Below the pieces are notes generated by a model. That model made no database searches, had not been told where the DNA came from, and saw nothing but the letters and a program-made list of their open reading frames with translations. Both the position numbers and the translations under genes were made by a program. From Botryllus schlosseri (lineage: Eukaryota): 64,000 nucleotides of DNA. Shown here piece by piece: positions 23,747 to 34,674 of this stretch; positions within the stretch are counted from its first letter, which is position 1; the number at the start of each line of letters is the position of its first letter. Where the stretch lies: positions 39,310,001 to 39,374,000 of the forward strand of contig CM119372.1 of NCBI GenBank assembly GCA_051294905.1, read 5' to 3'.

Positions 23747-25350
23747 CACTGTAAATGAGATAAAGCGCAATCGCCAAATCTGCCGCTTGTGGCAGCACAA
23801 TATTGTGCTAAAGCGTCACGACCGGGAGTGACCTTTAGTGCTGTTCATAAACTTCCTCTTTTTTCGGCCGTTTCTCGCTCTTTCGCGATGTGGTGTGATC
23901 GCGATGACAGGGAATCAGCATGCGGATTTTGAAGCTTTATTGGCGACTAACGGTATTGCATGGTAGCACATCCAGAAATTGGAAGGTAAGTATATAAGTA
24001 ATATAGCTTCAGCAATGTGCCCTCTGAACTAGCTAATCGAGACAGCTTGTGCAGTTATATTCAGTACATCTTGTGTGGAGTTGGTTGAATGCTGGTGCCA
24101 ATTCTGATCTATTAGAATGGTTACTATGCAGCTTAGGTTATTATTAGCGTGTACTTTTGATAAATGTCTAACGGACAGTCTTGTTATTGGTTGTGCCCCT
24201 TTGTTGGGAGTTCAGATCGGCTTACAAAACATTTGCTGAAACGTCAAGTCTGATTTATACATGCAAGCTCTGTCAATTAATGTTATGTTCAAAATTATTT
24301 CATATCTGAGAGAATGACATAGATTAGGATATTTTCACCAAGCTTCGTGATAAAGACCTTTGGCAAATGACGTACCAAATGACGTACCGTCTGGCGTCTG
24401 TTGAGACTGCAAGAAGTACGAGCTAATTAACTATGGAAGCTCCGTTCTTGCAACTAAATCTTGTTGTTACAGTTATGGGAGAAACTAGTAACTAATGGAG
24501 GTCCAGACAATACACGCCATGAATCTTTCTCAGTCGCAGACCCAAACAATCCATGCGGTGAATCAGCGTCACTCGCAGAGTCGGACACCACGTTGCCTGT
24601 GGATGAGTCGCTCCATATTGATGTAGAATCACTCGTGCAGTCAGATACCACCCTACCCATAGAGCCATCAGTCCGGGAGGATATAGGACCTTCAGCCACG
24701 CCAATACCGGTAATCATTATTTTGTAATATTTTGCTATGAATTGAGCTAAACTGTCTGTGTCTGCAGCTCATATCTCGGGGAGATGCCGGAGCAACCAAT
24801 GCAGATCTCCATGTGGATGTTATGGTATTGATCCGCATAATTCTAGTAAGATTCTATCTTATATTTCCATCAATATTGCAGCCGTCGTGCAGTCCCAAAG
24901 ACCCTGAACTCATTGCTCCGATGCCCTTGCTGGTATGCAGCTTCAAAGTTCAGCAAGCGCTCGAATCACGTACACTCATACAGCTTATGTAGACCGCAAT
25001 TGGCACAAAGGCTTGTCTCTATTCAAGCGTCAATACGGACTCCGGCGTTCTCAGCTAACGAAGAAAGAGATTTCTTGGAACGTTCCCTACCATGGGCGAC
25101 ATCAGACTAGTGAGTATGCATGCAAATTGCAATTATGACAACTTCTTATTGCTTTGTTATAGAGATTATGTGCCAAGGCTGTTTCTTCACTGTATGTGTA
25201 TGGCAGGGTTGTAACCAAGTCACAAGGCTACGAGTTGCAAGTCAATGTCACTTTTTTAGTTTTGACTCGAGTCCAGTCGAGTCATTTTCAATTGCCACCA
25301 CCGAGTCAAAGTCATCAAGCAGAGGTTCGAGTCCGAGTCATGGGAATTAT

Positions 25351-26298
25351 TAGGGATGGTGTGAACCTCTGAAAGGTTCAGGTTCGTGGGAACGTGAACC
25401 TTTTTGAAAGGTTCTGTGTGAACACGAACGTGAACCTCATGACGTCACGTGACGTCATATTGCTAATTTCAACCCCATATTTCAATTAGGTGATTGCCTA
25501 TATTAATCTACTGTACACGATACCGAGCGACGACTTGGGGCCACATAATAGCTCAGTACTTAAGTATACATATTGACGTTTTAAACGTCGCCAAATGTAT
25601 CAACTGAGGCAATCAAATGATATAATAATCCCATAAAATCAGTATCTTGCGTCGCTTTGCCATAAATTTCGACCTGATCGGACAATGTATTCGGCGTCTG
25701 AGTATTGCCACATGGATATTGAGCAGAGTGTAAAATTGGTTTCTATACTTGCTACCGATATTACCCCATTAACAACTTATACAGCAGTATAGTCAACACC
25801 CCAGTCGTATTTGGCTTTTATGATACAGTATACATATGTAGTCAAGATTGACCCCTATGCCTGCTAGATTTTTACATCAGAAGACTATATCAATCTCATT
25901 TATTGGTTGAATTAGGATCATTCGCTGACAAAATACAGTGTATTTTGCTCTTGATGTCATGTGATTGCGGGTCAAGCTCACAGCACAGAGACACTAAATA
26001 TGCACAAACGGAAAGCTGGATATTTCGAGCAAACTTTTGTAACAATATTTTTTGAGATTGTCAAGGGCATGCTCGTTTAGTGTTGAATGTTTAAGCTGCC
26101 AGCTCCATGCATAGAGTGTCCCGCAGTTGAATGTCAATAAATTTGAACCAAAGATGTTATAATGAAGTGAAAATTGCAATATATGAAAAAGGTTCACAGT
26201 GCAGAACCTACCAAGGTTCTGTTGTGAACGCGAACCTCAGATTTTCCGAGGTTCACACACAGAACGCGAACGTGAACCTCGCGTTCACACCATCCCTA
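25351..26298. mobile_element. hAT MITE (TAGGGATGG family)
   Basis: TIR TAGGGATGGTGTGAAC / GTTCACACCATCCCTA; perfect TSD GGAATTAT. Confidence 0.88.
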
Positions 26299-26452
26299 GG
26301 AATTATGACTCAAGTCCGAGTCTGAGTCATTGTGTTGACTGCTCAGTTTCCAGATAAAGTCTTGTTAAACCCACTGTTATAACTCTGTTTGGTGATATCG
26401 AATGGTTCGCATTTATGATATACTAATTTTCTTCACTTTTAATAGTATCTGG

Positions 26453-29040
26453 CAGTGTTGGGATGACTAGAGTCATGACTTGACTCGAGTCACTTTGGTA
26501 AAATGACTTGACTTGACTCGGCGTATCAGAAATGCGGATTGACTTGTGACTCGTGAGCAAAATTCACTAGCCAATTTCAAGTCATCAAGTAATCGGTGTC
26601 GATATTTATCACTGTATCTTGCATATGCTCAGATGGTTCGCGAAACGCTGGTGTAACCCTTGAAAGTGACCAATCATTCAATGGTCGAGCGTTTCACTTA
26701 GCCTCGATTGTTTTCTCACAAATAGATTGACCGCAAACAAAGTGATCGAAGCTTACAGCTACACTGTCGTAAACTCTAGTAGTAAACCAATAAAATAGAA
26801 AAATTTCTGTTCTCTGTTCATACCTTTACCAAACCTCTTGTTTTATTGAAATTGAATTTGAACATAGTTTATATCGTCCTCAACCATTAGCGCATGCTCG
26901 AATTGTATCATATCTATTTGTAAATGGGTAATGTATGGCATCTTATCAATTCGTTTCTCTATGTTTGCTGTCAACTATATAAACTGAGGCTATGCAATTA
27001 TCTACGTAGTTCAACAGTTCTACGTTTATGTGAGCGATGCAGCGCCTTCTTGCCGGTATATTCAACTCTATATTTGATCATCGGTTCGGAATCAATGATC
27101 ACTAGTGCAAGTTTTTTTACAGATTCCGACAGCTTCCTAGATAATGTTTGGAGGGATTTTATATTGCAACTTTTCTCTCGTTTTCATACCAATTTTTACT
27201 GCAGCTTTGATCAAATAATGAGAAAAATAGGAAGGAGTGCTTTAAAAATGCTATAAACTATTTCTAGTATGGTTCTATTCTATTTGGTTCAAATAACAAA
27301 GTGGCACTATATGATGGTTTATCTGCATCTCAATGTTATCTATGACACAATGGCTTGCAAGCAAGAAATTCAGCTACCCCTGCCAAGCACGACCGCGTCC
27401 AACATTATGTAAATTGATCGCCTCATTAATTCATGTCGCCTAAATTTGAGATAGTTTCCCATTTCGGGAACGCCCAGGCGAGACCGCCGAAAATTTCACT
27501 TTTGATTTCACTGAGTCGCCTTATATAGGCTATAGATTTTGTTGAAGTCGCCAAGAGTGTGGCAACGCCTTGGGTCAAGTTTGCAGACCTATAGGGGGTT
27601 TAGGGTGTGTTATTTGACTTCTTTTAGAGCAGGGCCGGCCAACCATGGGCTCCCGAGGTATTTTCCGAAATTGGTAATGTTATAAAAAATGGATTGCACA
27701 GATTGCGAACTTGCAAGGCCAACCAAAATTTGATTAGACTGGAAGCAACACTTGAGATATGATGACTAAAATATCAGTTACGACGCATTGGCATTTCCAT
27801 GAGCCAGTCACACTTTGATAGATCTTCGTACACTACAATGAAGCAGAATAATTTGAGATAAATTCATCAAAAGTAAATATTTTCTACACGCTTCGCGCAA
27901 CATGTTGTCACTCGATTTTTGCTTTTAATATTGGTACCCCTTTGTGAAAATGAAAGAACGCTTAATGTATCAGATTGAGTCTAACTATATTCTCCATTAG
28001 GAGACACAGTGTCGTTCTACATATGCGACCTAGCGTTTGCACTGGCAGAAAGACCATCGACTATGAAACCTAGGCACAAAATGATTGACGCATGTTGGTC
28101 GAAGCTTTCGAAATTGATATTTCCAGGCGCTGAATAGTCCGGTCCTGGCAAACTGTGCCCAGCGATATACTGCAGGCCCGCTATATAGTCAAGTGACAAT
28201 ATTATTGAGCTATGAACTTCGAAAAATTTTCGCGCTTCGCGCGGCTAGTGGCCTGCGAAATATTTCGTCGATCGAATTTGGCCCTTTGGCTGAAAAGGTT
28301 GGCCAGCCCTGTTTTAGAGGGAGGGGTATCGCTATGCTCTTTCGCTTTTGGGGGGAAACTATTCCCGCATTGCGTATTTTCTTGCTGCGTCCCTGGATAA
28401 AATGTAATTTTTCCCGGTCTCGCCAGAATTTTTGGCTTGCTAAAATGTCTGTTAAATGGCAAAGTAATAAACTTGACATTTCGGCAGAAACTAGGTTGTG
28501 CAACGGAACCATTCAAGTATCTCATACCCTATTAAATGATCCAAAATTATAAATGCAACTTTTTACTGCAACTTTTGTCAAAATTAAGAGCAACTTTCTC
28601 GCGATTTTAGTGCAAAAAACTTGCCCTAATGGTCACGCAATCTGTATTTCAGACAGCTAGCAATTAGTTTTCTATTCTTTATTTTTGACGGATGGTAACT
28701 AGGGCTATGCAATTACTTGCTAGGTTTAACAGTTCTGCATATATGCGAGCGATACAGCGCCTTATTGCGTGCATATTTAACTTAATATTCGTTCATCGGT
28801 TCAGAATCAATGACCACTCAATCTGTATTTCAGACAGCTAGCAAAATGCAATGATGTAATCATGCCTCATACTTCGAAAAGGCGACTTGACTTGAAATGT
28901 GACTTGAGTCGAGGCACCGCCAAAAATCGAGTGCCTTGACTTAACTCGAGTCACCTTTGAAAATCGATTGACTTGACTTGACTCGAGTCAAAATCTGCAA
29001 TGACTCGTGACTCGAAGGTAGTGACTTGATTTCAACACTG
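26453..29040. mobile_element. hAT MITE (CAGTGTTG family) with nested inserts
   Basis: Termini CAGTGTTG / CAACACTG; TSD GTATCTGG / GTATCT(ATCT)GG; GACTTGACTCGAG arrays at both ends. Confidence 0.7.
27630..28311. mobile_element. hAT MITE
   Basis: Termini CAGGGCCGGCCAACC / GGTTGGCCAGCCCTG; perfect TSD TTTTAGAG. Confidence 0.85.
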
Positions 29041-29224
29041 GTATCTATCTGGTTACATTTTCAAGTACCAGTACCAATAGATGAACTCTCAATTGGGTGG
29101 TTATACTTTACTAATCTCGAGATTACATGGAAACGTCGCTCTTGGCCGTCGGAGTCTCTAGTCATATGACTTGGTTCGAGTCATGCGTAATGACTCGAGT
29201 CCAAGTCAAGTCGATACACATATT

Positions 29225-29346
29225 GACTCGAGTCAAGTCGAGTCATCAGAAAATCGTGACTCGAGTCCGACTCGAATCGAGTCATGACTCGAGTCAAGTC
29301 GAGTCATCAGAAAATCGTGACTCGAGTCCGACTCGAATCGAGTCAT
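29225..29346. repeat. 61-bp tandem duplication in a MITE subterminal region
   Basis: GACTCGAGTCAAGTCGAGTCATCAGAAAATCG...GAGTCAT twice, starting 29225 and 29286. Confidence 0.85.
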
Positions 29347-29959
29347 GACTCGAGTCATTACAACCCCGTTGTATGAATATATTCATAGATCTGATCATAT
29401 TCTAATCATTCTTTTAGACACATACATTCTCTTACAGGTAAGGGAAGATAACTGGAATTTGATCGCACCAACCACAGTTGAAGATATCAGAACATACTAC
29501 GAAAGAATGACGCTCATATTGGATAAGATATTTGAGGTAAATGCGGACTCGCAATTCCATTCTGAATTAAATTTGATTGATAATAACCCCTCAATTATTC
29601 AATGTTTTCAGTCCAGTACTAATGAAGTGAAGCTGCAACAATTACAATCACAAGTTACCGATCTGAGAATAAACTCGAAAAAGAAGACCGCAATATCTGC
29701 GTTATCAGTACAACAGGTACTTGTTTATAAGATGAATATAACTTTCAGTTTATAACGAATGTATGATTTGAAAATCATGCAATAGCTTGATAACTATGAT
29801 GACCGTAAGAAGGTTTTTATTGTGAGCATTATTGTTGTAATGTCAATGAGTTTCGTAGCACCTTCTGTTAACACAGATGATTGTGCAGACCAGGGGCGGT
29901 AAACCCGTGGCCCTCGAAATGGTTTGGAGTAGTTACAATAAAAAATTTGCCTACATTTC

Positions 29960-30480
29960 AGGCCCATGACATTCACATCAACAGCAAAATGTCCGAAGCT
30001 CCACATTTGGTGGTTTCAAAGCATGGAAATGGAAAGATACAGGGATAGATTCTGGCTGATGGCCAAACGAGCAAAGGCCTGGGGCGCAACAAGACGGCTA
30101 CATTGCCTCTTCCACTCAAGTGCCTCACCTCAGCTCAAGACCCGCATTTTCCGTGCCACTGTCGAGCAGGCTCTTATCTACGGAATAGAAGCACTCACGC
30201 TGACAGAAAAGCTGGCTAAGACGCTCAACACCAACTACGATGTACTCCTCCGCTATGCACTCGGCATCCACCACCTGGAGCACATATCCGCCGTTTGCTG
30301 GCTGCTGAACGTCGCTTCCGCCTAATCGGTCATCTAGTGCGGCATCAATACGATCAACAAGTTGCCGCCATCATCAACCACATTCCACACCACATGGCGC
30401 TCGACAATAGAGAACGAGCTAGCGCAACGCGGGCTATCGCCCGAAGACGCCCACGATCGTCCACGCTGGAGGCGCTTAAC
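29960..30480 (+). pseudogene. degraded RTE-like LINE fragment (post-RT region)
   Basis: LKTRIFRATVEQALIYGIEALTLT...LLRYALGI, then RRFRLIGHLVRH in another frame. Confidence 0.65.
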
Positions 30481-31535
30481 AAGGGCCCAAAACTGATTAT
30501 CTTTATGTTCTTTGCCCTTTTATTTAATGGAAAGTCGATATATCTATACTGGGACCTGTCTTAGCCCAAAGAATTCCAGCTCCTGGAGTTCGTGCAGTAT
30601 GTCGTTGTCGGTGACAAGAATAATCAATATGTATGCACCAAACTATCTGATTTTTTTCGTAAATTCGAACAGTCTGCTGCAGCAGAAGACCTTTGTTAGC
30701 ATTCCATTAGGTTTTACAATCATTCGTTGGTCCATTCGCATTTGAAGTTGGCAATTCTACTCATGTCTTGTCATATAATGTTCAAGTAATCTGACATTGC
30801 AAATATTCCAGCAGTGTCGCTTATCTTTTCGTTATGCTAGTTCCTACTTTTAGCTTGGCATCTAACTGTGAAGGCAGTCATTACTTTTGAATTTGCACCA
30901 GCTCGTACTTATTGAAGTTCTAGTGCTGGCTTGTACAAGCAATCTAGTATGGAAAGTATCCCAGGAACTTGATGGTTCGTTGTCCCTTATCTTTTGTCTA
31001 TACTTGTTCCCACTTTGGCCATGACATCTAGATATCAGTAAGTACTATAACTTATTTGCACCTCTGAAGTTCTACGTCTGGCATGACTTGACATGACATA
31101 ATGGAAGTATTGTCAAATAGTTCAGTGCTGCTTAGCCCGTTAATTTACAAGTTTGTTCTTCAATCTTGGCCTCTATGCTATACATTCAGGTATATGTGCA
31201 AGATTTGTAAATTTCGTTTAATGTCTACAAGTGCATTTTTTTGATAACATGTTTTCTTGAAAGCATGCACATCACTTGTTTCGTTTATAGTAAAATGTTC
31301 ATATATTGCTGGTTTCGAACAGGATAAGTCGTCGAGTACGCCAGATTATTTAGTAATCCATATCAAGCCGTAGCACAGCTCAGATAGCGCTTGAATCATG
31401 AAGCACTATATATATAGCACATAAATCTTAAATCACAATATACACAGCATCAAGCACATTTTATTGTGATATCTTTTTGAACATGAAACGTGATATCTTT
31501 TATGCTTTTAAAGACACTAAAATATTTACAGTGTA

Positions 31536-31876
31536 TTGTTGGTATTTCTATCCTCCTAGAAAGAGGAAATTGTCCTCTGGATGGTCAGGACCCTATGTAA
31601 TTGTTGATCAAATTTCGGAGTGTGTTTACCGCATACAGAAAGTTGGAACTCAGAATTTTCGCAAGTCTCATGTTGATTACCTGATGCCTTATGATCGTGA
31701 CGATGGGGAAAGTAGTGATGTTTTTGAACCGGTAATAGCAGATGTTTCTGATCATGGTGATGAGATTTTTGATATTGTGAATGACCAGGACGTGCCTGAA
31801 ACTGTATAAGTGTATATACTACAAGGTCGAAACGTTTTGTCAGGCGTCCTAGGTATTTGTTGGATTATGAGTCATG
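31536..31876 (+). CDS. pol: Gypsy integrase C-terminus (GPY/F module)
   Basis: Joins in frame as GD-Y-CWYFYPPRKRKLSSGWSGPY. Stop at 31809; a shifted frame continues TTRSKRFVRRPRYLLDYES*, which resembles a typical terminal motif. Confidence 0.85.
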
Positions 31877-31961
31877 ATTATTGTTTATTTTGATAATTGT
31901 TGTTAGTTTTTGGTTAGATGTGAGAGTGAATTTTTATTTATTATGTAATTCCCTCTACTTT

Positions 31962-31973
31962 GGGGGGGAGCAG
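31962..31973 (+). promoter_or_regulatory. polypurine tract
   Basis: GGGGGGGAGCAG directly upstream of the 3' LTR. Confidence 0.85.
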
Positions 31974-32213
31974 TATGACAGCCCACCCGTTGGGGGTGTA
32001 TGTGATAATTGTTTGTTACCATTGTGATGGTACTGTTATTTCTAGGGCCGCCAAGTGTCTAGCACCGACTACGTGAAATGGACACTTCGTGGACCCATGA
32101 TAATGCATGCGCCCCTTCTTGTCTGAACTGGCTGCCGTGAGGACGCAGAAATAAAGCTGTCTAAAACCTATTGTGAATCTCTTTACATCGACTGTATTAG
32201 GAGGTCTTCCACA
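31974..32213 (+). repeat. Gypsy 3' LTR
   Basis: 240-bp direct repeat of 9118-9357; starts TAT instead of TGT. Confidence 0.95.
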
Positions 32214-32788
32214 GCGGCACCAGCATGGCAATGCTATTCTCGAATCCACATTGTCTTCGTCACTATCGGCAAGAAATGGCTTTGAAGTGACATTGCTGTC
32301 GGTAAAATACATTCAATAAATACGATATATTCCCTGTATACGTGGATAAATGGGCGAACAATGTATCGATCCAGCAATCCGGCCCGCCAAGTACTTAATT
32401 TTCCCATATCCGGCCCGCCGACAAGAGCAGTTGCCCGCCCCTGGTCTATAGTAGCCCGTGTTGCGAATAAGACGACGCCCCTCAAGACTATATATCGCAA
32501 GCATGCTGTAACACGATGAATACTGCAACAACAATTCTTTCATTATTGATTTATTTGTGTTATATTTCATCATGCATCGGCATTACGTAATCGAAGGATC
32601 ATCTATTTCGTCTGAAACCACATTGAGATTAATTTAATAGCGGGCCTATGATGTTTTCCATAGGCATAAATTTTGTGTCGTTGTGATCATCCAATGTATA
32701 TAGTGTCGTACAAAATAGACGGGTGAAGGTAAATGACTTAAATCGCATGTCTCTTTTTTTAACCTGATTCATTTATCACTTTGATATT

Positions 32789-33760
32789 CTACGTTATTAC
32801 CACATTGAGTTCGTTCTCCCGACAGTGTCGGCAAATGCAAATTACGCGCTGTAGAATATGCCTCGTCGAAGATTGTAGATCCGTTGAACTGAGATTGTAT
32901 ACGAGTGGGTTGAGGGACTTCGTAATATTTGCAAGACCGCGTAATACCAGATAGGTGATGGTGTCGGCGCGTTGATTTTTGTAACCAACAATATACGACG
33001 CGATGTGAAATAACTTCGGGACATAGCCAAGCAGAAAGCAGGCGATAATCAATGACAGCTGAATCAGCGCCTGCTTCTTATCTTTACGAAGCTCAATATC
33101 TCCCGTAACTTCGTGGCTTTTCGTCTTCCGTCGCAGCAGGGAAAATCCGATCGATGCGCACAGCATGAATATCAAATTATAGGAATCAGATTCATGATCA
33201 CGGAATCTAAGATATTGTACACATCAACGATCCAAATAGTCTGATCTATGGTGAAGCACATCTTCTTTCCAGGATTGACAGACGAATAAATAATATCCAA
33301 GAAGTATGCCGCTAGAGGAAGGAGTATAACCGTTTATATTACTCACGAAAACGTCACAATTTTCTTAGCCCTTCTTTATGTCATAAATCCAACCGATTTC
33401 TGAGGTCGTCGAATAGCATGCAATCGCCAAAAAGATAATGTAGACTAAAGCTGGATTGTAACAGCACCTGTTACTGAACCGATGGGAACCGCTGTCTAGC
33501 AGATCACAACATTCCACGGGTATTCCTTGTCAGCTCCATAGTACATAATTTGTCCCGTAATGAAAGGTGAAGCGATGGCTGATACAACATCGGAACAGCA
33601 TAAGCCGATAATGATGACATTAACAACCAAAAATAGATTGACGAATAAACTAAAAGCCCAAGTAATCCCGAAAACCATCCAGATCGTTAAGAATTCTATC
33701 TCGTTCAGATTTTGCGGAAGTTGAAAATCCGTGGTGTGATGAGACACAGTTGTGGCTATC
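32789..33760 (-). pseudogene. disabled intronless rhodopsin-class GPCR
   Basis: TM1 FSLFVNLFLV; TM2 LCCSDVV..IASP; TM6 FLLGYVP; TM7 LNPLVY. Stop at 33496 and frameshifts in the middle. Confidence 0.75.
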
Positions 33761-33794
33761 TCGCGTCTCGTCAAGCGGCAGCTGCACTGCAATT

Positions 33795-34405
33795 ATCTAA
33801 ATCCCGGCTCTCAAAGGAATAGTAAACAACAAAGTGGCGGAAAGGCTTGCAAAAGCTGCAGCGGACATCGTCAACGATGGGATCGAAGAGATTTCGCTGA
33901 CGCTTAGCGAATGTAAATTCATGATATCAGACTTCTGTCGCATAAAATGGAAAAAGGAGATACGGGATCAGGAATCGAGCTCCTGATATGTTCGCCTGTT
34001 GAATTCGGTTGGTGCAACCTCCCAGCTACATGAACTGACGCAGCGTGAAAACTCCATCCTGATTCGGCTTCCAACAGGTCACTGTCGACTAAATGCACAC
34101 CTACACCGAATTGGTCAGCATGACAGTGGTCTCTGTGAACGATGCCATGTGCCCGAAACGTTAGAACACTTCATATTTACATGCACGCGTTACCGATCCC
34201 AAAGAGGTTACCTACTCGGTAAATGTAATCTACAACTTCCGACGGACCTTCATGTACTACTGAACAATTCTATAATGGTACAGCCATTAATAGATTATGT
34301 GATATTGACCGGAAGGGGAATATACCCCTCTATCAACCCTCCCACCCAGGCCTGGCGCACGAAGCCCTAGTTGCTGAGCGCAATATTGCCCCATACCTAC
34401 ATACA
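33795..34405 (+). mobile_element. 3' fragment of an I/Nimb-like LINE (end of RNase H + CCHC knuckle)
   Basis: RLPTGHCRLNAHLHRIG...CERCHVPETLEHFIFTC; short (TACA)-like tail near 34400. Confidence 0.7.
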
Positions 34406-34674
34406 GTTGTGGTTAGTTCAATTTCATGCGCGGTTGCATTCATTATGATTCGGATGAAATGTTTCCAATTCAATTTTTAAGTTCTGGGACAGTGAAACCT
34501 TCAAACATAATATAACCTGTTAAAAGTTTGTACATAACGTGTCTGAGCAGATAGATGATATTTCAAAACACTATAACAAAGTTATAAATCAGTTATAACA
34601 AAAGTACAGTTATTTTAGTAACAAACTTGGTGAAGTGGCGAATCTGAAATAACATTCACGATCCGTAATAACTG

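Larger units (their letters stand above)
25204..29368. mobile_element. hAT MITE (same family as 14449-14941) with nested inserts
   Basis: Termini CAGGGTTGTAA / TTACAACCCCG; TSD GTGTATGG/TTGTATGA (6/8); colinear with 14449-14941 after removing inserts. Confidence 0.75.
23747..31533. mobile_element. non-autonomous CACTA/EnSpm-like transposon inserted in the Gypsy integrase
   Basis: TIR CACTGTAAAT / ATTTACAGTG; 2-bp TSD TA; removing it restores the pol frame. Confidence 0.85.
9118..32213 (+). mobile_element. Ty3/Gypsy LTR retrotransposon (~5.9 kb when reassembled), interrupted by two large insertions
   Basis: Two 240-bp LTRs; 4-bp TSD GCGG at 9114-9117 and 32214-32217; PBS and PPT present; domain order gag, PR, RT, RH, IN. 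Confidence 0.97.
7122..32443. mobile_element. outermost hAT MITE (~0.86 kb after removing the Penelope and Gypsy inserts) enclosing the whole nest
   Basis: CAGGGGTGGGCAAC at 7122 and GTTGCCCGCCCCTG ending 32443 (13/14 inverted match); perfect 8-bp TSD GTCTATAG at 7114-7121 and 32444-32451. Confidence 0.8.

Noticed and set aside
23747..23831. C-terminal extension TVNEIK...HDRE of the 1176-aa Pol ORF
   Set aside because: Read-through into the inserted CACTG element; the true continuation is at 31536.
17644..23831. Divergent two-RT system (LINE RT and Gypsy Pol back to back)
   Set aside because: The GGATAG TSD and the restored pol frame show a simple LINE insertion into the Gypsy.
30560..31400. 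EnSpm transposase remnant on the minus strand
   Set aside because: No motif could be read with confidence; it needs a frameshift-aware profile search.
31477..31535. Independent 110-aa gene starting at 31477
   Set aside because: Its N-terminus is transposon end sequence and the rest is the displaced integrase tail.
8870..32443. hAT end at 8870 as partner of the 32443 end
   Set aside because: Its flank GCTTATGC does not match GTCTATAG, whereas the flank at 7122 matches exactly.
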